Below are positions 27,830 through 37,685 of a stretch of DNA of 52,179 nucleotides, piece after piece. The notes under the pieces are model-generated. The model was not told the DNA's origin. It was given only the letters and a program-made list of their open reading frames with translations, and did not search any database. Both the position numbers and the translations under genes were made by a program. The number at the start of each line of letters is the position of its first letter. Positions within the stretch are counted from its first letter, which is position 1. This stretch comes from a virus (Duplodnaviria > Caudoviricetes): positions 1-52,179 of the IMG/VR virus record IMGVR_UViG_3300037721_000093. One strand, given 5' to 3'.

Positions 27830-28965
27830 GCGCCCACCTGCACGATCGTCCAAGCAATCGTCCCTTCCAAAACCTTAGTGTTTAGTGGCACGCTGATTGC
27901 GGTCGCGGGCGTCGAGAGCGTCAAACTGACGCGCTCGTCGAATGCCAGCGCCGCGTCAATCTGGCTCAACTCAATCGTATTGATCGGGCCCGGAGAAAGG
28001 TCGAAGCCGCCGATCGGGATCGTCGTCAGGAACGCACGCCAGAGATCGTCGAGCCGGGTGATTGCTTCTTCTTCGGTAATGCCGCTGACGTAGGCCGTCG
28101 CCGCGATGTCTTGTGTCGTCGTCGGCGCAGCGATCGCTTTCACCAGTTTTTCGTCTGCGTCCACGCTGTTGCCGAACATTTGGTCGTCGAGCACTACTTG
28201 CGCGGCCGTCACGTCGTCGACGCCAGCGGTCGCGTTCTCGCCTGCCAAGTAAATATCTGCCGTTCCCGGGCCGCGCGGGTTCTCATCGTCGAAGCCGACG
28301 CGGAAGATACCAGGAACGGCGGTCCGAATCCGATTCGTGATCCCGGCGCGAATCGACTCGGCGCGCAGCGTGCCCCATTTCGCCGTTGCGCGCTCGGCAT
28401 ACTGTGGATCAGCTTCAGGGTCGGCGCCGACCGTCGTGAAAGTCCCATCGAACTCGGCCACAACGCCCGCTAACGGCGTCGTCAACTCGAGCGTCTGGGC
28501 AACGACGTTGCCCGCTGAGCCCGGAGCGCTGGCCTGAAATTGGACCGTCGTTGTTGCTGCCGTCGAGACCGTCGCGCCGAGAACGTTAGCGAACGTCTCG
28601 CCGTTGGACGCTCGCAGGATGATCTCTTGCGCGGCTTTCACGTGCGTCACGGTACCGGAGTTGACGAGATCGACGTCGAAGACTGCGGCGACCGCGGGAT
28701 TTCGAGTCTCCTGGTAGTTGCTCTGCAACAGCGCGTCGAGAAACGCATCGACCGACGTCGCGACGAAGAGCATCTTCGCCAGCGTGGCAACCGGCTCGGA
28801 CTGCGCCACGCCCAAAGCCGCGCCGACTTCGACGATCATGCGCGCTCCAGCTTCATCCTGCCAGGCTTCGACCGGGAAGCCTGCATCGGTCAAGAGCTCC
28901 AAGATGAGCTCGCGAACGGAGTCCCGAGTCAGCGGCGTTTGAATTTCGGCTAGCGATAGCGGCAT
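27826..28965 (-). CDS. Baseplate J-like protein
   Basis: FLDAL, A.APGSAGN, GADPE.D..Y.ER, RGPGTADIY. Confidence 0.88.
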   Translation of the reverse strand: MPLSLAEIQTPLTRDSVRELILELLTDAGFPVEAWQDEAGARMIVEVGAALGVAQSEPVATLAKMLFVATSVDAFLDALLQSNYQETRNPAVAAVFDVDLVNSGTVTHVKAAQEIILRASNGETFANVLGATVSTAATTTVQFQASAPGSAGNVVAQTLELTTPLAGVVAEFDGTFTTVGADPEADPQYAERATAKWGTLRAESIRAGITNRIRTAVPGIFRVGFDDENPRGPGTADIYLAGENATAGVDDVTAAQVVLDDQMFGNSVDADEKLVKAIAAPTTTQDIAATAYVSGITEEEAITRLDDLWRAFLTTIPIGGFDLSPGPINTIELSQIDAALAFDERVSLTLSTPATAISVPLNTKVLEGTIAWTIVQVGA

Positions 28966-28967
28966 TA

Positions 28968-29360
28968 TTACTCCACAACTTCGACACTGGCCGCGAGAAC
29001 ACCTGCGACCGCGTCAACCTGCAACGTCAGCGTGACCTTAGCCGGATCGTTCGTCAAGGTCGGGTCAATCTGGATCGTTACTTCGCTGCCTAGCTTCGTC
29101 ACGGTCACGACCGCGCTTTCGACGCGCTCTTCCTTCGCGACTTCAGCTTCGATGGCGATCCGAATTTCCTCTTCCGAGGCGTCGCGGTGCAAGTAGGCGC
29201 GGATGTCCGTGCCGCGGTGGGGCGCCCACCAGAGCACACCCGGCCCATGCAGCAACGAGCACATGATCGCCTCGCCAGCGGCCTGACCGGGCGACGTTGC
29301 ATAGGAGATGAAGGCGTCAAAGTCTTCGACGCCGCCGATGTCAGTGCCGAGTGCTGCCAT
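28968..29360 (-). CDS. Baseplate gp25/gpW/gp46-like wedge protein
   Basis: PG.LWW.P..GTDIR.YL, IEAEV.KEERVESA. Confidence 0.75.
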   Translation of the reverse strand: MAALGTDIGGVEDFDAFISYATSPGQAAGEAIMCSLLHGPGVLWWAPHRGTDIRAYLHRDASEEEIRIAIEAEVAKEERVESAVVTVTKLGSEVTIQIDPTLTNDPAKVTLTLQVDAVAGVLAASVEVVE

Positions 29361-29389
29361 GAAAATCAATCACCTTCTGCGAAAATCAT

Positions 29390-30502
29390 TCACGCGGTGT
29401 GCAGAATCTCAGCCGCGACTGGCTCCAGCGGGCCGATGGGCGATGCCGGCGGCGCGGTCGGAGCGGGGGCGCCCGGACCGGGCGAGTGTAGGTGAGTGTG
29501 TGCGTCAAACGCCGCCTGAATCGCGTCCAGCCGAGCGCTGACGAGCGCCGCCAGCGCGACCGCCTCGCTCCCGCCGATGTTGACTCGGATCACCTGCCCA
29601 GGATGCCATAGAGCAGCGTACGGCGCCCGTGAGTCGCCGCCGTCGAAGGCTAGCAGCACGCGCTCGCCCGCAGCGACTTCGACGGTGCAGCCGGGCAAGC
29701 CGTGGCGGATCGGAACGGACTGGAGCCCGTCCGCGCGGAGTCGCGCGTCGTCTGGCATTAGGTCCAATGTTCCGTCGGCCGCCTGACTGACGACGGCGGC
29801 CGTGTAGGTTCCGAGATAGAGCGCGTCCCGAGTCATCCAGCGGATCAGTCGCTCGAGAGCTCCGCGGAGCCGCGCGCGCTGCTCGGTGTAATATCGGCAG
29901 CGTAGTGGCTGTTCGGCCGAGTATTCGTAAAGGACGTCGCCGACCTGATCGTCGCCGACGAGCGTCCCGGGCAGCACGACGGCGAACTCCGGAGCGATCT
30001 CGACGATGCCGCGCGCCGCGTCGCGCGAGACTTCGACGGCATCCGGCTCGACCGCCGTCGGCGCTTCAGCGCGGATGCGCAGCGAGCCATCAGGATTGAC
30101 CCGCCAATTAACGCCGAGCATCGTCGCGAGCGATTGCGTCGCTTCGCCGGCGGTCGTTCCTTTGCGCGTCCAGAAAGGGAGCGCGGTCGTCGCGCTGGCA
30201 TCGGGCGCGAGCTCAAGATCGGCGAGCACCGTCCCGACGGTCGTCGTCTTGTAATGCTTCAGCGCAACGGGCGCGCTCCAGTCGAGTTCGCCGCCTGTCA
30301 ATCGGACGCGCAGCCGCTCGGCGAAGATTGACGCGCGCACAACCCGCCCCGTCAGCTCAAGCTCCAGTAGCTTCAGCGAAACGACCTGATCAACTTCGAG
30401 CTCGACGTCCGAGCCAACCTGCACTTCAGCGCTCCAAGCGCCGTTCAGCGGCAAGTGAAGCGAGAGCTCCAGCACAGGTTCGGAGTTGAGTGACGCGCTC
30501 AT
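29390..30502 (-). CDS. Fused baseplate hub and central spike
   Basis: Hub-like NWRV.PDG.L; OB-fold VP...G..V.LAF..GD; HTH metal-binding tip motif. Confidence 0.7.
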   Translation of the reverse strand: MSASLNSEPVLELSLHLPLNGAWSAEVQVGSDVELEVDQVVSLKLLELELTGRVVRASIFAERLRVRLTGGELDWSAPVALKHYKTTTVGTVLADLELAPDASATTALPFWTRKGTTAGEATQSLATMLGVNWRVNPDGSLRIRAEAPTAVEPDAVEVSRDAARGIVEIAPEFAVVLPGTLVGDDQVGDVLYEYSAEQPLRCRYYTEQRARLRGALERLIRWMTRDALYLGTYTAAVVSQAADGTLDLMPDDARLRADGLQSVPIRHGLPGCTVEVAAGERVLLAFDGGDSRAPYAALWHPGQVIRVNIGGSEAVALAALVSARLDAIQAAFDAHTHLHSPGPGAPAPTAPPASPIGPLEPVAAEILHTA

Positions 30503-30657
30503 CTAACAGGCCCGTCGCAGAGATTGTTGGCCGTTTGGCCCGAGCGGCTGCGCCGGAAGCGATACTTGACGCACCCTGAACATTCGCAATGAAGCGTCCA
30601 CGGCAACCAGCCGAACGTTCCGCTTTTCGGGTCGGGAAATTCGCGGGTGCAGATCAT
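30499..30657 (-). CDS. 52-aa Cys-rich peptide (below ORF track cutoff)
   Basis: Hand-translated MICTREFPDPKSGTFGWLPWTLHCECSGCVKYRF...; ATGA overlaps at both ends. Confidence 0.55.
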   Translation of the reverse strand: MICTREFPDPKSGTFGWLPWTLHCECSGCVKYRFRRSRSGQTANNLCDGPVR

Positions 30658-31166
30658 TGATTCGTGAAAACGTTGACCGGTTCAATCCCGGGCGGCAGGG
30701 TGTTTTGCTGCTTCGCCTTCGTCTTCGCAGGGTCGACCGTCCCGGGAGTCCACTCTTGGAGCTTAATCGAGACGTGCCGGCCTTCGCGCGCGTCCGGCTT
30801 GCCGATCTTGGAGCGCTTCAGAATGACCGTATTGATCCCGAGCCGATTCGCCTGGTGGTTCAGAATGTCGAGCGGCGGCGAGTTTCCGTTCTTCGCCTTC
30901 GCGCGCAGAATCGGAACGACGTCCCGGAAGAAGGCTTCTTCTTCGTCCGGCATGACGATAAATTCGACGTCGATCTCCGCCGGTTTGATTCCTAGGAACT
31001 TCGGCCGGGCTGCGTTGTGACCCTTCCGTCGCTGAGTGTCGAACTCGTTTTCGAGCTCGATCTCAACGTCCGCAACTTCGCTGACGAGCACGAGCCCTTT
31101 CGGCCCGCCCAGAATGAGAACAGTTTCCTTATAGGGATCAGCGTAGAAAGGGATCGTTGCGACCAT
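30654..31166 (-). CDS. Tail tube initiator-like protein
   Basis: Position after tape measure; PLDI...N.LGI..V. Confidence 0.6.
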   Translation of the reverse strand: MVATIPFYADPYKETVLILGGPKGLVLVSEVADVEIELENEFDTQRRKGHNAARPKFLGIKPAEIDVEFIVMPDEEEAFFRDVVPILRAKAKNGNSPPLDILNHQANRLGINTVILKRSKIGKPDAREGRHVSIKLQEWTPGTVDPAKTKAKQQNTLPPGIEPVNVFTNQ

Positions 31167-31168
31167 GA

Positions 31169-32944
31169 TCAGGCTCCTACGCCTTCGAGATGTCGCTCGA
31201 GCAGCGCGACGAAGTCGGTCTCGAAGTAGCTCCGAATTGCCGGGACGGCCTGCTCTCCGCCGCCTTGCAGCTGGATGACGACCGAGATGTCGCCGATGGT
31301 CGCGCGCCCGCCAGATGACGCAGCGGCGCTCGCCGCGCCCGCGAGCTCGCCCGCGCGCGCCAGCGATGCCGTCGGCGGCGGCACGAGCGCTTTTTCTGCG
31401 GCCATGACGCTGCCGTCGGCGAGCTCAGTCGCGGCGCTGAAGGCGAGTTGCTGGTCGGCTTCGATGCCGCGCGCGACGCCCGCGTCGAGCATCTGGCCTT
31501 GCTCATGCATGAGCGTCGACGGCGAACGGATACCCGCGGCCGCGGCGGAAGCGTCGACCGTGCCGGCGGCCATGGCTGCGGCGGCGGCGGCCGGACCGTT
31601 CGCGGCGTTCGCAATGCCGTTCGCCAAGCCGGCCGCAAACTGAGACCCTTGCTCTTCGCCGCTCGAGAAGAGATTGTCCCAAATTATGCCACCGAGCTGA
31701 ACCAAGCCGCGAGTGTCGCCGGTGATTGACATTGCCGAGTCGCGCGTTGACTTCGACGTCGTGCTCATGATGTCAGCGGCGCCGCCCGCCGCGTCGCCGG
31801 TGACGAGCTTGAAGAGCCCAGACAAGAGATTGAACTTATCGGCAACAGCGCCGAGCACCGTCGCGATCTTGTTGATCGAGTCGATGAAGCCGGGCAGTTT
31901 CGGCCCGATTTGCTCGAGCATCGACCCAACAGACTTGATCGCGTTCGTCAGCGCGTCGGTCAGCGTCGTGGCTTGCGCGCCGCCGACGCCTTTCAGGATC
32001 GCGTTTAGGCCTCGCACGAGATCGGGCTCCGCGCGCTCGACGGAGGTGCGGAATGCTTCTTCCAGCGTCGCGCCGATCTTGCCTGCGACGCCGCCCGCGG
32101 TCGAAGCGGCGGCTTTCTCACCAGCTTCGCCCAGCTTCGAAGAGCCTGCGGTCATCAGAATTGACTCCGCCACGGCGTTCAAAGCATCGCCGGACTTCAG
32201 CTGTCCGGCCTTTTGCATTTTGATAATCTGTTCGCGCGTCTTACCGAGCCGGCGGCCCAGATTGTCGTAAACCTTCGCGATGTTGATCCCGTTCTCAGCG
32301 AGCACGATCAACTCTTCGCCTTGCAGCTTCCCTTTCGTTTGGATCTGCCCGATTTGAAGCATCGAGCGCTCAACCTGCTCCGCGCTCATGCCGATCGCGC
32401 GCATGTCGCCCATCATTTTGAGCAACGCGACGCGCTGGCCCGCGCTGAAATCGAACGCGGCGAACTGGCGCAGCTGGTCGAGCGTCGTCGCAATCGAGAG
32501 CCCGTAGTCTTTGGCGAACTTCGTCCCGGTTTTGATCTCGGCGTCGGCGAGCTCGGCCGAGCCGAGCATGCCTTTAAAAGCCATCTTCATCCGGCCGACG
32601 TGATCGGCGGTAGTGAAGACGCTCTGACCGAGCCCGATCATGCCGCGGATGCCCATCTCGATCCCGCGCGCAGCGAGATTGCCGAGCGTCACACCCATGA
32701 TGCCGAGCTGTGACGACGCTTTGCGAGCGCCGCCCGCGAGCGCGTGCTGGGCGCGCGCAGCCCGCAGCGCGCTGGACGCGAGCCTCTCGGCGCCGCGCGC
32801 GGCCTTGATCTGAGCGGCGTCGCCTGAGCGGAGCGCCTTGTCTCCGACGATTGCTGCGCGCGCGACGTTCCGGAGCGCAGCTTCAACGCGCTTGGCGGGC
32901 GTCGTCGCGCGGTCGATGACTTCGATCGTGTAGATATCAGCCAC
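31169..32944 (-). CDS. Tape measure protein
   Basis: QIGQI..KGKLQGEEL..LAE.GI; GIRSPS; Ala/Gly-rich. Confidence 0.9.
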   Translation of the reverse strand: MADIYTIEVIDRATTPAKRVEAALRNVARAAIVGDKALRSGDAAQIKAARGAERLASSALRAARAQHALAGGARKASSQLGIMGVTLGNLAARGIEMGIRGMIGLGQSVFTTADHVGRMKMAFKGMLGSAELADAEIKTGTKFAKDYGLSIATTLDQLRQFAAFDFSAGQRVALLKMMGDMRAIGMSAEQVERSMLQIGQIQTKGKLQGEELIVLAENGINIAKVYDNLGRRLGKTREQIIKMQKAGQLKSGDALNAVAESILMTAGSSKLGEAGEKAAASTAGGVAGKIGATLEEAFRTSVERAEPDLVRGLNAILKGVGGAQATTLTDALTNAIKSVGSMLEQIGPKLPGFIDSINKIATVLGAVADKFNLLSGLFKLVTGDAAGGAADIMSTTSKSTRDSAMSITGDTRGLVQLGGIIWDNLFSSGEEQGSQFAAGLANGIANAANGPAAAAAAMAAGTVDASAAAAGIRSPSTLMHEQGQMLDAGVARGIEADQQLAFSAATELADGSVMAAEKALVPPPTASLARAGELAGAASAAASSGGRATIGDISVVIQLQGGGEQAVPAIRSYFETDFVALLERHLEGVGA

Positions 32945-33401
32945 GGCGTCGGAGTCCTTTCATGAGGCCTTCAAGCAATCGGAAAGTCCCGCGCGTAACG
33001 TTGAACCATTCAGCGACGGTCAGAGCGCCAGCAAACTGGGCGGGTGTCGGCGCGCCGCCGGCGTAGGCCTTGAAGGCGAGCAGGTTCTCGGCCATGCGCC
33101 CCAGGTTCGTCTCGGCCGCGCGCCATTTGCGGATCGCTAGGCGAACGTCTTCTTTCGCGGCGTCGTTCGCCTTCCGGAAGAGCGCCGGCACGATCTTGTC
33201 AACCGCCAGCGGGAACTCTTCCGAAAGCGCCGCCCAGTCACCTTCGACGCAGCACGCCAAGCAGAGCGCGTCCGAGTGCGCGAGTTTCTCTTCAGAGGCG
33301 TCGCGAATCGCGGCGAGATAATTCTCGCTCTCGGAGCTCGTCGGCAGGCGGAACGCGAGCGAACGATCGCCGACTTTGACCGTCAGTCGACCGCTCACCA
33401 C
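32937..33401 (-). CDS. Tail assembly chaperone 2
   Basis: Between tube genes and tape measure; similar to the upstream gene. Confidence 0.6.
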   Translation of the reverse strand: MVSGRLTVKVGDRSLAFRLPTSSESENYLAAIRDASEEKLAHSDALCLACCVEGDWAALSEEFPLAVDKIVPALFRKANDAAKEDVRLAIRKWRAAETNLGRMAENLLAFKAYAGGAPTPAQFAGALTVAEWFNVTRGTFRLLEGLMKGLRRRG

Positions 33402-33404
33402 AGC

Positions 33405-33728
33405 TCAGCACTCTTCGATCTGGACGTTCCCGTGCGCCATCCGAACGAGCACGTCGAAGACGCCTAACGCCTCGTCGCCGCCGCCGGCGAACGCGAGCGG
33501 ATAGTCCGCGGACAGCTGATCGAAGTCTTCGCGGCCGAAGACGCAAACGAACTTGCAAGCGTTGATCAACAGGTCGACAGCGAGCTCAGGCGACTTCGTC
33601 GTCGAGCGCTTCACGTCTTGGATCTTCGCCTTGTCAAGAGGCTTGAATGCGAGCGTCTTGCCGTCGAGTTCAATCTTGACGAAACGCTTGTATTTGGCTT
33701 TCAGCTCGGCTGCTTGTTCTGGGGTCAT
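33405..33728 (-). CDS. Tail assembly chaperone 1
   Basis: ELKAKY..., LAFKP, YPLA; position. Confidence 0.65.
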   Translation of the reverse strand: MTPEQAAELKAKYKRFVKIELDGKTLAFKPLDKAKIQDVKRSTTKSPELAVDLLINACKFVCVFGREDFDQLSADYPLAFAGGGDEALGVFDVLVRMAHGNVQIEEC

Positions 33729-33763
33729 TGCTTCCCTGCTTTCGTGTCAATCTCCGCCGTCAA

Positions 33764-34198
33764 TCAGCGGACGAAATCTCGCCCGTTGATCTTCATATGC
33801 ATGAAGTTGAACGGGAGCTCGAGTCCGAGCGCGTCGGAGCCGCTCTCGAAGTTCGCGGCGAAGCCGCTGAGCGTGCAACTCTGGAGCTCAAAAGAGTCGG
33901 TATCGCCGTTCGCGTTCGCCAGCGTCACGTCAACCGTGAAGAGAGCTGCGCTAGGCTCGTCGCCGAGCGCTGAGTAGAACTGCATTGCTTCCTTCAGGTC
34001 GCTGAACGTGATCGTTCCTTCGCCGAGCTGAACCTGGCCGCGCGCGCGCTTCAGCGGCTTGGCGAGCGTGCCGTAGACAACGCCGCGTTCGATGTCCTGA
34101 GAGAACGAGATATTGCTGATGCCAGTGAATTGCGTATCTTCCAGCTTGATAATCGCGTGCTGGAACGAATAGGCATAGTTCTCGAGATCGACGGCCAT
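33764..34198 (-). CDS. Tail tube protein, paralogue 2
   Basis: AYSF..A.I, FTGI..ISF.Q, VYGT..P..R.RG, GSDAL..LPF. Confidence 0.8.
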   Translation of the reverse strand: MAVDLENYAYSFQHAIIKLEDTQFTGISNISFSQDIERGVVYGTLAKPLKRARGQVQLGEGTITFSDLKEAMQFYSALGDEPSAALFTVDVTLANANGDTDSFELQSCTLSGFAANFESGSDALGLELPFNFMHMKINGRDFVR

Positions 34199-34210
34199 TT
34201 TACGGACCTT

Positions 34211-34705
34211 TCAAAGCAGATTGACGAGATTCTGAGCGATGCTCAGGCCCGCTTGGAGAATTGATTTCGGCGAGAGAACGAAGTCGACGCCGTCGACCTT
34301 CATTTGCAAGAACGTGAACGGATACGTCATGCCGAGCGCATCGCCGCCTGCCTGATGCTCGATGTTGAAAGTCTGCAACCGGCACGACTTGCACTCGATC
34401 GAGCGGAAGCTTCCGTCAGGCTTCGCGAGCGCATAGTCGAGCGCCCAGATCTTCATGAAAGGCTCATCGCCAAGCGCCCGGAAGAAGTCGATCGCTTCGC
34501 CCATATCGGCGAAAGTCAGCTGGCCGCGGCCGGCCTGCAACTGACCGACGCTACGCTTCATCGGGCGCGCGTCGGTCCCATACACGTAGCCTTCGGTCAG
34601 CTCTTGACTGATGCTGACACCCGAGACGTCCGTGAATTGCCGCTCGTCGATCTGCACGATAGCGTGCGAGAACGAATAGGCGAACTGCTGCAGGTCAACG
34701 GCCAT
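34211..34705 (-). CDS. Tail tube protein, paralogue 1
   Basis: Follows the sheath; co-linear similarity to 33764-34198. Confidence 0.8.
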   Translation of the reverse strand: MAVDLQQFAYSFSHAIVQIDERQFTDVSGVSISQELTEGYVYGTDARPMKRSVGQLQAGRGQLTFADMGEAIDFFRALGDEPFMKIWALDYALAKPDGSFRSIECKSCRLQTFNIEHQAGGDALGMTYPFTFLQMKVDGVDFVLSPKSILQAGLSIAQNLVNLL

Positions 34706-34707
34706 AT

Positions 34708-36207
34708 TTACGTCGAGAGCTTGAAACTGAGCGTGGCGGTCAGAGTCTTGAGGTAACCTCTTGGGACGATGGCGACCGTCGCGATCAGCGTCTTGGTGCT
34801 GAGCACGTTGTTCGTCCGATCGACCTGGTATCGAATATCGCTGACGTGCCCGATCGTCCCGTCAATCGCCGTCGGGCCGATGCCGCGGATCGCTGAGCCG
34901 ATGACGTTGTCGAGTGCGCGCTGAACCTTCTTCTCGATCGCCTGGGCGGAGAACTCGGTCAAACTGCCGGTGCCGTCGCTCTTCGCGATGACCGAGCTCG
35001 AGATCAGCAGACTGTGCTGTTGACTGACAACCTTGCAAGCCTGATCCATGATGCGGCCGTGTTGCCAGAACTCGAAATCCGAACCGGCGCCGCTGGCCAG
35101 ATTGCAGTTCGTCAGGAAGAAGCCGATCAGATTCGGGTAGGTCCTGAGCGTGCCGTGCTTCGCGTCATTCAGGCCGGCGTTCTCAGTGAACTCGTCGTGA
35201 GAGATCGCGACGCAGCCGGGAATCGCGCCGACGCTCGCCGCGCCGCTCGTTTGGGCAAGGTCGGTCGAGATGACGTTCCCGGCCGCGCGCATCGCCGCGA
35301 AGTGTGCTGCGGGCATGAGCGGCAGGGCGCGCCCCGGCATCGAGAACACCGGCGCAGCTCTGAAGCCGCCGAAGACGTGCGCGATGCGAGAGTCGACGTA
35401 GCCGGCCCATTCAGCGAGCGCGTCGGCGGCTGAGTCGTCGCCGTCGGACATGATCAGGCGGTAGGGCCGATCGTAGGTCGAGAAGAGCGCGGCGAGCCGG
35501 GTCGTCAAAGTTGACGCGAGCGTGTTTTGCTCGTTCGCAGTTCCGCCGTGTCCGGCCATGACCAGGAAATCAAACGGGAGCAGCGAGCCAGGATTCGCTT
35601 CGAGCGCGTCAAACGCTGTCCCGAGATTGGCTGCGCTCGGGCGCGCGCACTTCGCGACGCTCGCATAGGTTGCGCCCGCGACGTAGGGAGCGGTCGTGCC
35701 GGTCTCGAAATGGGCGATGACTCCTGAGTCGCCGATGGCGACCGTGGCGCCGGCTGCCGTAATTGGGCTCGCAGAATTGCCGCCGTCAAGCGAGTAGGTG
35801 AACTTCGTCTGACCGACTGTGCCGCCGGTCGTAATCGTGAAAAGCAGTTCGTAATCGTTCTTCGGCGCGCCGTCCGCAATCGCGAGATTGATCTCGTTGT
35901 CGACGCCGGCGCCGGAGCTTGAAGCGAGCTCGCTCGTTGATGCGTCGTCGTAAGTCGCCGCCGTGTCCGAGCTGGTTCGAACGACGACGACCGGGCCGCC
36001 CGCATGGTCGAGAATGTAGCCTACCGCGTCAATCAACGGGCCGTGCAGGCCGAAAGTGTCTTTCAGCTGGCGCTGATTGCTGATCAGCGTCGGCGTATTG
36101 AGCGGGCCGCTCGACGCGACGCCGAAGACGCAGGCGCGCGAGCTCGCGGGCGTCGTGACACCGAGACCGCCATCGAGAACCGAATTTGAAACGCCGGGTA
36201 GGGCCAT
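34708..36207 (-). CDS. Contractile tail sheath protein (DUF2586-like)
   Basis: LDGGLG, FG..GPL, TLRTY....GFF..., GSDF....RIMD.AC, VPRGY; AGGAG SD. Confidence 0.85.
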   Translation of the reverse strand: MALPGVSNSVLDGGLGVTTPASSRACVFGVASSGPLNTPTLISNQRQLKDTFGLHGPLIDAVGYILDHAGGPVVVVRTSSDTAATYDDASTSELASSSGAGVDNEINLAIADGAPKNDYELLFTITTGGTVGQTKFTYSLDGGNSASPITAAGATVAIGDSGVIAHFETGTTAPYVAGATYASVAKCARPSAANLGTAFDALEANPGSLLPFDFLVMAGHGGTANEQNTLASTLTTRLAALFSTYDRPYRLIMSDGDDSAADALAEWAGYVDSRIAHVFGGFRAAPVFSMPGRALPLMPAAHFAAMRAAGNVISTDLAQTSGAASVGAIPGCVAISHDEFTENAGLNDAKHGTLRTYPNLIGFFLTNCNLASGAGSDFEFWQHGRIMDQACKVVSQQHSLLISSSVIAKSDGTGSLTEFSAQAIEKKVQRALDNVIGSAIRGIGPTAIDGTIGHVSDIRYQVDRTNNVLSTKTLIATVAIVPRGYLKTLTATLSFKLST

Positions 36208-36263
36208 GTATGCTCCTGTAGTCCTATAGCACGAAATGTGAGCGGCGCCATGCGGCCCGCCGG

Positions 36264-36791
36264 TTAGGGTTGATCGAGCGAGACGGTAACGCCCGCAAGA
36301 TTGACGTCCGCTTCCGTCGCCGCGACCGCGACCGAATGGGTGCGCGCGGTCGGGAGGCTCCGAAGGTCGAGCCTCAGATTCAGCTTAATGGCCGGTTGCC
36401 TGACGCGATGCGCGCCGCCTTCGCTCGAGTCGCCGCCGGCCCATTCGTAGGTCAGCGGCAGACCGTTCGGCCCGATGACTTGGAAGAGCGCGTCAAGAAA
36501 AGCGTCGAAGAGCGTGTCCAGCGCGGTCTCATCGACGGCGCGGAGCGTCACCTCGATCTGCTCTTTGCGCGTCCAGACCTGCACGGCGCGCGTCGCAACG
36601 CCGCTGACGGGCGTCCCGAGCCGGACGCGCCCGGGCGACGCCGCCGCGACAACTTCGCCGCTCGTGCGGACGAAAATGATCCGGCGCAAGCCGGCTTGCT
36701 TCCGGAGCTCGAGCTTCCCTGCTTCAATCGCGACACTCTCGTCGTCGAGCGCATCGTCGATCAGCGTCGCGAAGTCTTCGAGTCGACTCAT
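36264..36791 (-). CDS. Tail terminator/completion protein
   Basis: Synteny between neck genes and sheath. Confidence 0.55.
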   Translation of the reverse strand: MSRLEDFATLIDDALDDESVAIEAGKLELRKQAGLRRIIFVRTSGEVVAAASPGRVRLGTPVSGVATRAVQVWTRKEQIEVTLRAVDETALDTLFDAFLDALFQVIGPNGLPLTYEWAGGDSSEGGAHRVRQPAIKLNLRLDLRSLPTARTHSVAVAATEADVNLAGVTVSLDQP

Positions 36792-37216
36792 CTCAAGTGC
36801 TCCAACGCAAGCTTGACAACCTTGTTGATCTCATTGCGCCAGCGCGTCGAGAGCGTCCGGTCGGGAACCATCTTGCGCGATTGCATTTTCCGCGTCCCTT
36901 TTTGGTGGAAAAGAGGGTACGGGCGACCTTGCTCGCTGGTCGTCGCATTCGCGATCGTGACGCGCGGCCCAACGACGCTGACGACGAAAGCCTTCGCCAT
37001 CTTGCCCGTCAGCCGAAGCAGCGGCCATGCGCCGGTCGGAGGCTTCCGCGGCGCCCAGGCCTGACCGCCTGGCGCCTGCTCATCGCGGAAGCCTTCCGCA
37101 ATGAGCGATTCAAATCTCCCTTTGATCGCCATGCGCGCGACGCGGCCGCCTTCGCCAGAGCCAAGCGACTTCAGCTTGTGATCGATCGCTAGTGCCTGGG
37201 GCGTCGAGCGGAACAT
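36788..37216 (-). CDS. Phage virion morphogenesis protein (Mu gpG-like)
   Basis: F..EQAP.G..WAP, L..TG.M, Y..FHQKGTRKM..R. Confidence 0.85.
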   Translation of the reverse strand: MFRSTPQALAIDHKLKSLGSGEGGRVARMAIKGRFESLIAEGFRDEQAPGGQAWAPRKPPTGAWPLLRLTGKMAKAFVVSVVGPRVTIANATTSEQGRPYPLFHQKGTRKMQSRKMVPDRTLSTRWRNEINKVVKLALEHLR

Positions 37217-37247
37217 GACTCCGGATCTCCTGGCCACGGTCCGCCTC

Positions 37248-37685
37248 TCAGCAGTCGTCGTCAATGTCGCGGAAGCGATCCGTCGACGTCCGCGCGCGCG
37301 AGCGCACGACAGGCCGCCCGTCGTGAACGGTCGGCGTCGCGTCGGCAGCAACGTCCAGACTCACTTTTCCGGCCGCAATCTCACGGAGCCACATGATCGC
37401 GTCATCATATTGCATCCGGAATGTGACGTCGGCCGGCTCGTTCGCGTCGAAGCCGCGCGCACAGATGATCGTGTACGCCGCAAGTTGTAGCGTTACCATT
37501 TTGATCTCGTCCGGATACGGCGCCGAAAGCGGCAGTCGGTATCGCCCCCGAAGATAGGTGTCAACCTTGCCCGATGCCTGGATGAGATGATCTTCCGGAT
37601 CGATTCCCATGGCCGTTACGCCCGCAAGCGCCGCCGTCGGAATTTGCAGGCTGATCAGCTCAGCTTCGGTGGCGTATTGAGCCAC
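37248..37685 (-). CDS. Head-tail adaptor (Mu gp36/DUF1320-like)
   Basis: YAT..L, AS..VD.YL.GRY.LPL, Y.DAI.WL..IA.GK.SL. Confidence 0.88.
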   Translation of the reverse strand: MAQYATEAELISLQIPTAALAGVTAMGIDPEDHLIQASGKVDTYLRGRYRLPLSAPYPDEIKMVTLQLAAYTIICARGFDANEPADVTFRMQYDDAIMWLREIAAGKVSLDVAADATPTVHDGRPVVRSRARTSTDRFRDIDDDC

